DNA of 45,177 nt, filler included, from Jimgerdemannia flammicorona (Eukaryota): assembly GCA_003990765.1 (NCBI GenBank). It is 2 parts of 2 records of this genome, joined end to end, with 100 filler letters (N's around TTAATTAATTAA, not from the genome) between each part and the next. Parts side by side here need not be neighbours in the genome. Positions count along the whole stretch, not along the records: positions 1 to 22,539 come from RBNJ01001252.1; positions 22,640 to 45,177 come from RBNJ01001253.1. The stretch is one strand, 5' to 3'. Shown here piece by piece: positions 12,872-23,780 of this stretch. The translations under genes were made by a program, and so were the position numbers. The first letter of the stretch is position 1, and every line of letters begins with the position of its first letter. Under the pieces are notes generated by a model. That model saw nothing but the letters and a program-made list of their open reading frames with translations, was not told the DNA's origin and searched no databases.

Positions 12872-13703
12872 ATGCCTGCTGCATGCCAAACCTCAAGGTC
12901 AAGGAATCACCAAGATATCTCAGTTAAGGAAAGGATGTTCCAAGACATCAGAAGAGCCATGAGGATCTGCTCAAGAAGGACTCCTAGTGTCAACCTGGGT
13001 ACTGCAGACCCTTATCACTTTATTCTCTACCACTGTGAAATGGAAACAAGGATTACCTTTGCTACCAAATGCCTCCAAATATGGCAGGAGTATGAAATAG
13101 GAAATCTCCTCTGCTGGGAGTTCCCACAGGCCAGCACCCAAGAGCTACAAGATGCCACTCCTATGGATATGCGAAACAAGAATAGCTAAAAAAATCCATC
13201 AGATCTTCAGGCATGCACCATGGTTGATCCCCAACTTGGAGTATGTTAGAGTCTCAGATTTCAGAGATCTATCATTCTGCCATATCAATGCACTAGAAGC
13301 CAGGGTGGCTACAGAAGCCCAGTCCACTATTACCCTCAACAGAGAAGAAGTAGAAGACTTCTGGCACCCTATCCTTCAGGACAACCCAGACCAATTTCTG
13401 CAAGGATTGATCTCAGTATTCTAAGGCCCAAGCATCCAGGTTAGATCTCCACAAGACCCCATATTTGTTTCCTATTTTGTAGAAGAGAACCTCATAGACT
13501 AGAGAGCTCCAGATCTTGTTCCCGATTTTCTCACCACAGTCGAATGTGATGACGTCATCAGTGATGATATCATCCCACGTGACATCGACATATACAAGAT
13601 GCATAATGAAGCATACGAAAATGATGAATTCATAGATCTCATCTCCTTCAGTGATGATAATGACAAGGATGAAGCTCCCATAGTCCTGAACTTTCTGCTC
13701 TAA
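12872..13703 (+). pseudogene. ORF-X homolog inside solo LTR E
   Basis: 12872..13189 and 13152..13424 joined by one frameshift, then read through two stops to TAA at 13703. YEIGNLL...IAKKIHQIFRHAPWLIPNL...DFRDLSF plus acidic tail. Confidence 0.75.
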
Positions 13704-13711
13704 GTTCTGTG

Positions 13712-13878
13712 TTACACTGGATAATACCAGCACTGGTATTCTCATGTAACACTGGATAATGCCAGCACTGGTATTCTCATATAACACTGAATAATGCCAG
13801 TACTGATATTCTGAGGTAATACGAAATTGTTCCAGCACTGGCATTTTGATGTGATACTAAATAATGCTAGCCCTGGAA
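13712..13878 (+). repeat. 35-bp tandem repeat (about 5 copies) in LTR E
   Basis: Unit TAACACTGGATAATGCCAGCACTGGTATTCTCATG, located between ORF-X and the TATA box. Confidence 0.85.
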
Positions 13879-14797
13879 CTTAGTAGTTTTAGTTATTGAA
13901 ATTTATATTTAGCTTTATATCTTAGCAACCATTAAATTATATTTTGTATAAATACCCCTCTTATTTCCTCTGAAATAAAGTCAGTTCTTCTCAGTATAAT
14001 ATACACACTTCCTTGCAAGCCATCTAAGAGATAACAAGACAGTTAAAGATAAGAAGTTTGAGGACTATAAGACCTTGGGAAGGCACTCCAATAAGAACTT
14101 ACTTATAACAACTTGAGTTAGTCTAAGAAATATATCTTGAAGAGAATCTGGTATATTTGAAGGACTCAGTAACCACTATATGACAATATATAATAATATC
14201 ATCTAATTATCTACTGATCTTTTCTCCTTTCAGCTACTCTATGATCAAGATTCCAAGACCTCTGCAAGTCTAGTCTCTTTCAAGAAAAACAGTCAAATAT
14301 AAGTTCCTACTACTAAGAATCTCATAGATAAGATAGATAAACTACTAAGATTATTACTATAAATCTTCAGAAAGCCCAATAATGCTAAGTCAAATATACT
14401 GATAAGAAGTGCCATAATGTCATATATATTATTAAAAACTAAGTTCTACTGTCTACTGAGAACCTCAAGATAAGATATAATCTCAAGTCAACTATCTATT
14501 AAATAAATTTCATTTCAAATATATTAGACTCTTTAAGATTATCAAATAAGTCTCAGTATTCTTCCACTATCTTTAGTTATCTGAAACTATAAGGATACAT
14601 CCAGTTTTTTATATATCATATCTTAAGACCTAAAACTAATTACCATTCTACTCTAATTAAATTCTCAAGCTATCTGCCCTCATGATTATTGAAGACTCTA
14701 TTAAGTATAAAGTTGAGAAAATTCTTAACAAATTAATCTGCTACCATTGTCTTGAATATCTAATCAAGTGGATAGACTACTCTGAATATGATACTAC

Positions 14798-15273
14798 TGT
14801 AACATAGTGGACGCTAAGATGGGCAAGTATGTCAGATTTCTGTATCTTGAAAACTTGACCATTCCGACTCTTGCAGAGTCTCTTGAAGTTGTAGGGGAGG
14901 GTGGGTGAGTTCGAAGTGTATCTGCCTACAGACTTACTAGTTCCTTTGCTATCTCTTTACTTTGAACTATTTCGATCTGAGGTTTATTCACTCGAAGATA
15001 CTGGGTTATTTATACAAGTTTGCTAGCTATGAGAGGGTGGCTAAGTAATAAATGAGTCATTTGAACTTTGTCAAAACATTTGGACAATATCTAAATGCTA
15101 TACTAAATCGGGGTATTCAATTTAGATAATGTCTAAAATTTAGACAATGTCTAAGAATTTAGACAATGTTGAAATCGAGGACTGCTAACTATAAGGCTAT
15201 ACTACTTTGGGACTGGATGCAATCAAGTGTCTATTCCCTATTTCCTTCTTCCAAATTTGGCTGTATCATCACA
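14798..15273 (-). repeat. 3' LTR of F
   Basis: TGTAAC...ATCACA; direct repeat of 21051-21526. Confidence 0.95.
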
Positions 15274-15310
15274 ACTTCCTCCTGAATGGATGATCTCATC
15301 TCTGAGGCAT

Positions 15311-15772
15311 CTATTCAAACTTCCAGGCTTCAATGGTCTGTATGGTCTTGTACTGTGCAATTTGCTGTATGACTGTTTCCCAATGATGTCTCTTCACTTT
15401 CTTGAAGTCAGTGGGGGTTACTCCTCTCACGTAGTCTATTGCTGCTTCATCTTCTCAGAATAACTTGTGGATCCTTTTGGCAATAGTGATCTGTGAGTGA
15501 GAGAGTTGACACTTGGCAATCCAGTCCTCTTTGGTCTTTGCTGGATCCTGATTAAGCACCTGTCCAAGCTTGAAGTACTCTTGGAATTCTGCACGATACT
15601 GATAGGCTCTAAAGTACGAGATCCAAGAGAGATGAGTCTGCACAATACTCTGAATATCCTCATAGTATGCCTCTATGGTTGGAGGCTTGGTGGTGTACTA
15701 TTGTCTTTCAATGGCTCTTTGGGCAGCACTAGTGATCTTGAGTGCCATCGCAGTACTTTTGTTACTGGCCAT
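15311..15772 (-). pseudogene. ORF-X homolog at the env position of F (154 codons, 2 stops)
   Basis: MASNKSTAM...YFKLGQVL...IAKRIHKLF*EDEAAIDYVRGVTPTDFKKV...WKFE*. The ATG overlaps the last 11 nt of pol. Confidence 0.8.
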
Positions 15773-18700
15773 GATATTTCTTGAGTCAGTTTTGGTGAAT
15801 GGTGGTAGGGGTTATTGTGTCTGAGGGTTTTTGTAGCCAAAAGGTGGTCCCTTTTATATCTTGCACAAGGTAAGGTCCTTCCCACTTGGGCTCCAGTTTT
15901 CGTGACCATGAAGCTTCTACCATATTCCGATACACTAGGACCTTGTCTCCTATCTTGATAATCTCCAAGAGCTTGTGGGTCTTTTCCACATTCCTCCATT
16001 GTAGTGTCTGTGCCTTGGTTATGTAATCCTTGGCCTTCTTCCTGATTTGGTGTAGTCTCCATATTTCCATATCCACATGTTTCCATACAGTATCTCCATT
16101 GGATGATAGGGTTCCTTGAGAACATTCTTCTCCGAACAGCATTTCTCGAGGGGTAAAGTGGGTGCTTTGTGATCGGATATCCCGGAGAGCAGATAATGCT
16201 ATTGGCAGATAGTGATCCCAGTTCTCGTAGTTATCACAGATCTTGGCGATAACATTCTTGAGAGTTTTGTTGGTCTTTTCTACTTGTCTATTTCCTTGGG
16301 GGTGATAGGCTGTGGTCCGAATGTGCTGGATCTTGTACTTCTTGTAGAGAACCTCAAAGAGCTAGTTCACAAATTCTGTTCCTCTATCTGTAGTTACTTG
16401 TATTGGGGTCTTGAATCAGCAGATGATTTCCTTGTAGAAGAAATTGGCAATTGACTGTGCATTGGCTTCCTTGAGGGGTCCTGCTTCTATCCACTTCGTA
16501 AAAAGGTCTATGATGACAATGATGTATCAGTTACCAGTCAGGGTCAAGGGTAGAGGGCCAATTACATCCATTGCTATATGGGCAAATAGTACTGGTTCTA
16601 TGTGTGCTGATCCTAGAGCTTGATTCCATTGGTCTTGTTTCTGTTTCTGACATTTGTCGCATGTCTTGACAAATTGTCTGATATCTTCCTCCATCTCTGG
16701 CCACTATATTGTTCTTATTGCCTTGTCATATGTATTCGTTCCTCCTAGATGGCCAAGTTCATGTACTGATTTCATCACTTGCTCTTTCTTGTGTTCTGGT
16801 ATGACCAGTAGTTTTCCTTTCTAGTATTTCTCTGTCAGTTTCGAATTGTTTCTATGTCTTGTTGATAATCGTTTGTATCCATTCTTCCAGATGTTGGGGC
16901 ATCTTTCGCTGTCCCAGGTATATGATAATTCTATAGTAGAGCTTCTTATTCATGATTGATTTGTTGGTTAGAGGTAGTTTGAGGTGTTCGTGAGAGAGCA
17001 TCTGTATTGGAATTTGTTCTTCCAGAGTGGTGTACGATGGTTACATCATAGGCTTATAACTTCATTATCCATCTGGTATAGATTCCCTTAGGTTGTTCAG
17101 TTGTCAGTAGCTAGGTGAGAGCTGAGTGGTCCGTCTGGATGGTGAAGTGTCTTCCAGCCAGATAGTAGTGGAACTTTTCCACAGCCCAGATGACTGTAAG
17201 GCATTCCAACTTATAAGACTTGTATTCTTTTTCAGCCCCTCGGGTTCCGCAGCTAAGATATACAATGATATACTCTTTTTTATCTTCTTTTTAAGCTAGG
17301 ACTGCTCTTAGTCCCTGTGTACTTGCATCTGTCTGAAGGATAAATTCTTGGGTCCAATTGGGTCATCTGAGGATGGGTGTCTGAGTTAATCTGACCTTGA
17401 GTTCATCAAATAATTTTTGTTGTCTGTCAGTCCACTGGAACTTGGTATCCTTCTTGTTGAGTTCATAGATTGGACCTGTGATGTTGGAGAATCCTCTAAT
17501 GAATCTGTGATAGTAGGAGGCAAGTCCCATGAAGGCTTGGGCTTCTGTGACAGTAGTGGGCCCTGAGTATGCTGCTACTGCTTATATTTTGAGGGGGTCT
17601 GTGTGTGTTCCATCTTGATTGATAATATGGCCAAGATAGGAGATCTCGATTTCTGTGAACTTGCACTTCTTGGGTTTGATATAAAGGCCATGTTGTCTTA
17701 GTCTCTTCATTATCTGCTATATGTGCTGCAGATGTTCCTCAGGTGTCTTGCTGTAGATGATTACATCATCGACATAGGCCATTATCCATCTTCCCATGTC
17801 ATAGCAGAAGATTTTGTTCATCATTTACTGGAAAGCTTGCTGGTGCATTGCACATTCCGAATGGCATTCATAGGTAGATATAGGTTCCATCTGGAGTGAT
17901 GAAGGCTGACTTTTCACTTGCCATCTCTGTGAGTCTGATTTGGTGAAATCCTGAGTATAAGTCCAAGGTACTGTAGTACTCTGCTTCATCTCCCAGTGTT
18001 ATAAGGATGTCACTGATAAGCGGCAGTGGTTGGCGATCCTTCTTGGTAACTGCATTGAGCTTCCTGTAGTTGACACAGAGCCTTGGGGCAAATTCTCCAG
18101 GTTTGCTTCCTTTTTTTGGGGCTAGTACAACTGGTGAAGACTAGGGGCTGCTGGCTTCTTTGATGATGCCAGCTTCTTCCATCTGCTTGATTTCTTCTCT
18201 GAGCCATTCTTGGTAGGCTGGTGGGACAGGTCTTGCCTTCTGGTAAATTGGTTCGGTGTCTCTGGTATCTACCTTGTGATAGTAGTGTGGGATCTTTCCC
18301 TTGATATCCTTGAAATCTGTGGCAAGGACATCCTCGAATTTGTGGAGTATTTTCTTGAGTTCCTCCTTAAGTGGGAATTCATCTCCAATGGTATAACTGT
18401 GCTTGCTCATGTCCTCCTTCTTATGCTCGAGTTCAGTAATCTTGGTGCTAGTGAATACTCCTCTTCCTGTGGATCCAAATCCTTCCTTTCCTCTTTTCAT
18501 TTCCTCCAGATTCTTGACTTCTATAATCCTTGGCTGTATGATTGGGAAGATCAACATCTGTGCCAATCAGTCCTTCTTCTTGACTGGGAATGGAATTGTA
18601 GGATTGTGGTTCCTAGCAATGAGTAGAATTTCTCCAGTATAGTCTGAATCAATGACTCCTCCTTCGATTGTGATTTCGCTTCTAGCCAGGCTGCTTCTTG

Positions 18701-19600
18701 TCTTGAGAATTCTGACATGATCCTTTGGGATGGTCATCTCTAGTCCAGTTGTGAGTAGGGTGGTTGTCTGAGGTTCCAGTACAGTTTCTTCTACTGTAGC
18801 GATATCCATTCTGGCTGTATTTTCTGACTTGTATTCTGGCAAGACTACATCAGGGTGGATCTTTCGAATCTTGACCTTGATTTCTTCTTCATCATCACTG
18901 TCCTCCAGAAGGGCTGGTGGTTCATCATCTTCCTCCTTCTCTTCTTCTCTGATCTATTTTTCAAGAGCTTTCTGCCTTCTTTCCTGGTAGATCTTGTTGG
19001 TTCTGATGGTGCACGGGTAGCAATCATTGATATGCTCCATACAGTACATCTTGATTCCATGAGGACAGACTCCTTGTGGGGCATAGCCTTCTGTGATCTT
19101 CTTGCACTATTCTTCTTCACTCATCCATCCAACTTTCTTCTTCTTTGGGGTAGTCACCATATAAGCTTCCTCTTGCTCACTCTCTTCTTCCTCCATATTG
19201 GGCAGGACTCCTTTGTTGATGTTGATGGAAATTCGTATCTTCTGTCCCCGGTAGGTGATCTGCATCTTCTGAGCATTGAGATCAATTACCACCTTGGCTT
19301 TGTGAAGCTATTGATTGCCGATGAGGATGTCATAGTTGGTGGCATTGGTTACGATTACATTTACTGGAATTATTGCTCCTCCAATCTTGATGGAAACATC
19401 TCGGATCTTTCCCAGAGGTATGGCTCTTGTGCTATTGGCTGTGACAAATACTAACTTAGTTGCTTCTTCCACATCCCAACCTAGGCAGTCTGCTGCCTTC
19501 TTACTGAGGAGACATCCTCCTGCTCCCATATCAATGATGGCTTCAAAGGTTCTATCTTCAATTTGGTATATTGCATAAGCAGAGGTTTTGCGATTGTCCT
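15762..19600 (-). pseudogene. pol: pol of F (protease, dUTPase, RT, RNase H, integrase)
   Basis: IIDMGA protease (~19530), YVDD (~17765-17776), RNase H LQTDAS (~17330), HELGH...CDKC zinc finger (16665-16765), WEGPY (~15875). Confidence 0.95.
18465..18860 (-). pseudogene. dut: dUTPase of F (between protease and RT)
   Basis: ARMDI...TRSSLA...IEGGVIDSDYTGEI...AQMLI...RGKEGFGSTG. Confidence 0.95.
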
Positions 19601-19919
19601 CACTTTCTTCTCCTGAGTTCTCTTGAACATTATTGGCCTAAGTTATCTTCCATCCTTGTTCCTTGGTTGTTTCAGCAAGTCCAAACCTCATTTGCTGTCT
19701 GAATGTTGGGATTTCTGTGAGCTGACCAAAGATTGCATTGACCTTTTGTTGACTGAGATCCTTGAAGATATTATACTTGAAGGTCTTGGTCTTGCAAAGC
19801 TTCTTTTCTTTTTCTCCTTCACTGGCTGGAGTGGTTCCTCAGATGATATCTTGAACTGCTTGCTCCAGCTCGATATCTTGGTCCATCTCTTCAGCTTGGC
19901 TTTCTGTGGCAGTTTCTAT

Positions 19920-20936
19920 TTACTTTTCCACTGGGTTCTTCTTGGGTCTTCCTAGCGGTCTCTTGTAGGGTTCTTTGCAAGCATCCTTCTTAGTGGTCTG
20001 AGCAGGATAGGCCTTCCATTCCTCTTTATCGGATTCTCCAATTTCTTCAAAGGTGATTGTATTGGTCTGCTCCTTGTTTCGTGTGGCATTGCTTGATTGA
20101 GCCTTACATTTGGTTTCACTCATACATTTGTAGGAGTAGTGGCCTTCTTCTCCACAGCTGTAGTAGGTACCTTTCTTCTTGTCTGAGGTGATGGCAAACT
20201 TCTGAACAGAGTGGCGATCTCTTCCTCGGATTTCCTTTACCACATCTCCCAGGTGGGCAGTCATTTCAGCAAACCTTTTGGCGAGTTCCTCCATAGGGTC
20301 ACTGTTCTTTTGCTGCTCTGTAGCTTTTGGCTGAGGTGTGTTTCGATTGATCATTGTAGTGGGGATCACACTGGTTACCTTGGGTACCTCGATTCTGACT
20401 CCTGTAACTCTCTCCATTGTATGGTCTTATGGGTGTCTGGCTATCCAGTATCACTGAGCATAGGTGACCTTCTGTGGCAGATCCAGAATTACTGGTAATG
20501 AGCAGATGGCCATGGCTATTTCTGGATGGACTCCTTTCATGAAGGTTGCTTCGGCTACTTGATCTCAGATAGCAGCAGCATAATCTACAAGGATTATCTG
20601 ATATCGAATTCTGGTATAGAATGTGTTTGGATCCTTGCTCATTCCTTGGCATATTGTGTTGAGCTGATCCTTCAGGGCTTGCTTGATCTCATCTGTGTAA
20701 TATATATTTCAGAGCCAGATCTTCTGTGCTGTCAGTATGGCATTGGTATTATTTCCTGCATGGGTTGCAGCTGTGAATACTGCTCTGGCAGGGCCTCGTA
20801 GGCTGAAGAGCATGAGGACTACTTGCTGTGCTGCTGTCAGAGTCCTTACAGCAGCATACTGCTCGAAATCATCAATGAAGGTGATGATTGATTCATCTGA
20901 GATATATCCATGGAATACTGGCAGTCTCATATCCAT
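19920..20936 (-). pseudogene. gag: gag of F
   Basis: LPVFHG...FIDDFE...LRGPA capsid-like region; knuckle YYSCGEEGHYSYKC near 20125-20165. Confidence 0.85.
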
Positions 20937-21050
20937 CTTATCTGGGTATTGGGGCTTGGTTTGTATGGTTGTTTGGGTAGTGGTGGTTGTTCATTGTTTA
21001 GCTTGAAAGTGAGGAATTCATCTTAAATTACCAGCCAATGGGCACCAAGT

Positions 21051-21526
21051 TGTAATGTAGTGGACACTAAGATGGGCAAGTATGTCAGATTTCTGTATCT
21101 TGAAAACTTGACTGTTCTGACTCTTACAGAGTCTCTTAAAGTTGTAGGGGAGGGTGGGTGAGTTCGAAGTGTATCTGCCTGCAGACTTACTAGTTCCTTT
21201 GCTATCTCTTTACTTTGAACTATTTCGATCTGAGGTTTATTCACTCAAAGATACTGGGTTATTTATATAAGTTTGCTAGCTATGAGAGGGTGGCTAAGTA
21301 ATAAATGAGTCATTTGGACTTTGTTGAAACATTTGGACAATATCTAAATGCTATACTAAATCGGGGTATTCAATTTAGATAATGTCTAAAATTTAGACAA
21401 TGTCTAAGAATTTAGACAATATCAAAATCGAGGACTGCTAACTATAAGGCTATACTACTTTGGGACTGGGTGCAATCAAGTGTCTATTCCCTATTTCCTT
21501 CTTCCAAATTTGGCTGTACCATTACA
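21051..21526 (-). repeat. 5' LTR of F
   Basis: TGTAAT...ATTACA with adjacent PBS at 21031-21047. Confidence 0.95.
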
Positions 21527-21912
21527 CTACTTAGAAACTACTAGTTAATCTTAAAAACTCCCAAGACCTAGTCCAAGACTTTGAGGTAAAATATATTATC
21601 CAATCTTTATAGTGACTTCTTGGAATTATTGACAATCTATAATAATAACTAGTACCTTATATATTAGAAGTTTACTTTGAGATATCAGAACTAGCAGAAT
21701 ATCTAGTAAACAAAAAGTCTACTAAAATGAAGCTACTAGCTGGATTTGAATCTCTCCTAATTAGTTAGTCTGATAATAAATTCTCTGTCCTATATAAGAA
21801 TGACCAGTTCTTGCCAATGTACTGATATAAGTTGAGAAATTTTAATTAAGTATATTTAGTCTGGTATAATCTAAGAACTTAATACGAATATTAATTCTTA
21901 AGGAGGGAGGAA

Positions 21913-22377
21913 TGTAATAATTTTATAGCTATATTTTAATTTTAATACTTTTTATATCTTTTCTGCTAGTCTTTTCTTGTCTTTTCTTAAATATTCTACT
22001 ATATTCCAGTATCTTCTAAGTATTTAGAAATATTCTCTTAATACTAAGACATCATTAGAACATTTTTATTTTTTCTCAGTACTAAGTAGTACTAAGTATC
22101 TAATTATAGAATCTTTTGGAATATTGTAGAATTCTATTAGTCATCTTTGTCAAAAATCCATTTCTTAGTCTTTCTCTTCTTTTTCAAGATCATTCCAGAT
22201 CTTTCTTTCAGATTTTGTATAAATATCCTTATTCTCCACTTGAATAAAGCTTAGAATATTTTCTCTTAGAATTCCTTTGAGAATCCTTGAACCTATAAGT
22301 ATCTCTTCAAGCTACTTTAGACCTACTAGAACTACCAGATTTAGCTACTTTCTTTTAAAGAAACTAGAACTATTATA
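21913..22377 (+). repeat. 3' LTR of D (465 bp)
   Basis: Follows PPT AAGGAGGGAGGAA; homologous to 27484-27947. Confidence 0.9.
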
Positions 22378-22539
22378 TACTATACACTTAATAATTAAGT
22401 ATTAGAAGCTCTCAGCAGACTTTTTCTATAAGAATTACTTAGTGAAAGCTTATATATTATACTTAGTAAAATTATTTAGTAAATATTAAAAATATATATA
22501 CTGATAATATTTCAATATTTGATTGGTCTTATCTTATAA

Positions 22540-22639
22540 NNNNNNNNNNNNNNNNNNNNNNNNNNNNNNNNNNNNNNNNNNNNTTAATTAATTAANNNNN
22601 NNNNNNNNNNNNNNNNNNNNNNNNNNNNNNNNNNNNNNN
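22540..22639. other. assembly gap / artificial contig linker
   Basis: 44 N + TTAATTAATTAA (stops in all six frames) + 44 N. Confidence 0.95.
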
Positions 22640-23374
22640 TTTTTTAAGCAACAGCTATAGATGTATAGACCTTCTAGTTGGATTAATACTTTGAACTCAC
22701 AGAAATGGAAGATGATATGCAAGTCTAATTTGCTACTACACTTCTCTGAGGAAATGCAGCCATCTGGTGGTGCAATTATATCATAGTTATATATATACAT
22801 AAATCAGAGATTGGGAAGAGCTCTTCATAAGTAGTTCAAGTCTACTAATGCCACCAAGCTAGCCAGAGATAAGCTAGTGAACATCAAGTAACTCAAGTCT
22901 ATACAAAGCTACAATATACAATTCTTGTCAATCCTATTTGAGCTACTAGTGGTATCTGAGGATAAAAAGATAGACAACTATGTCTGAGATCTGAAGGGAA
23001 ATATACAAGTCAAGATTGAGCTAGAAGAGCCCAAAACTCTTAATGAAGCCATGAGAATTGCTGATAGATTTAATGTCATCATCTTTGGTAACTACTTCAA
23101 ATCAGAATGCCACAAGAAGAACCACTTCAAGAACTACTACAGAAACCAACCAAGGACAGTTGGCCTAGTATCAATAGACTTAGACACTATGAACAAAAAG
23201 AACACCAAGCTCACCCCTGAAGAAAAGGACTGTCTGAAGAAATCCAGAACCTATTTCTTCTGTTGTCAAATAGGACACATTACAACCAAATGTCCTAGGA
23301 AGACTAGCAAACCCTCAAGACCAGTTACTGTATTGTTCAAGAACATATCTGTCAATCCCACTACCAGTCAACTT

Positions 23375-23780
23375 GAGCTCAAGATTAAGAAGCTTCATCT
23401 GAAGGCCCAGATCCCTCAATATCAAATAGAAGGAGCCATTGGTCTTGATCTACACTCAGTCAAACAAGTCACTATTCTAGCTAAGGGCTGTACTCTAGTA
23501 TCTACTAGAATTGCAGTTCAATGTTCTGAAGGACATTATGCTAGAATTGCACCACAATCAGAACTCAGTGTCAAACATCATTTAGATATAGACACTAGTT
23601 TGATTAATCCAGAGATAAGTTAAAGTCTTGCTTATCAACCAGAAGAATCAAGACTATACAGTTAAAGAAGGAGACTGAGTCATGCAAATGATCCTAGAAA
23701 AAGCCAGCCAACTCAAGATTACAGAAGTCTAAGAACTCTCTGAAATCAAATAAGATCAAAAGGGTTTTGGCAGCACTGAT
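23375..23780 (+). pseudogene. dut: dUTPase of G (between zinc knuckle and protease)
   Basis: AIGLDLHS...YARIAPQSEL...MQMIL...KGFGST. Confidence 0.9.

Larger units (their letters stand above)
12628..14185 (+). mobile_element. solo LTR E (1558 bp, distinct family) inserted in the integrase of D
   Basis: TGTAAT...ATGACA termini, 4-bp TSD ATAT, TATAAATA at ~13947, AATAAA at 13974. D resumes seamlessly on both sides. Confidence 0.85.
14798..21526 (-). mobile_element. full-length Ty3/Gypsy element F (6729 bp): gag-PR-dUTPase-RT-RH-IN-ORF-X
   Basis: 476-bp LTRs at 14798-15273 and 21051-21526, 4-bp TSD CTAC, PBS TGGTGCCCATTGG, PPT CAGGAGGAAG. Inserted in the chromodomain of D. Confidence 0.95.
10423..22377 (+). 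mobile_element. pol: chromovirus-type Ty3/Gypsy copy D (RT-RH-IN-chromodomain-3' LTR), 5'-truncated, interrupted by E and F
   Basis: Segments 10423-12627, 14186-14797 and 21527-22377 are colinear with copy G 24275-27947. YLDN (YLDD) at ~11020. Confidence 0.9.

Noticed and set aside
13712..13878. CRISPR-like 35-bp partly palindromic repeats
   Set aside because: Head-to-tail with no unique spacers, no cas genes, and located inside a eukaryotic LTR.
15311..15772. Envelope gene
   Set aside because: Position fits, but it is too short and lacks a signal peptide, fusion peptide and transmembrane anchor.
18855..21006. Hydrophobic plus-strand ORFs (e.g. 199 aa at 18855..19454)
   Set aside because: Antisense shadows of purine-rich gag/pol of F; the same applies to 173..583, 2861..3259 and 13413..13844.
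22540..22639. TTAATTAATTAA palindrome inside N runs
   Set aside because: Artificial contig spacer; adjacency across it is not biological evidence.
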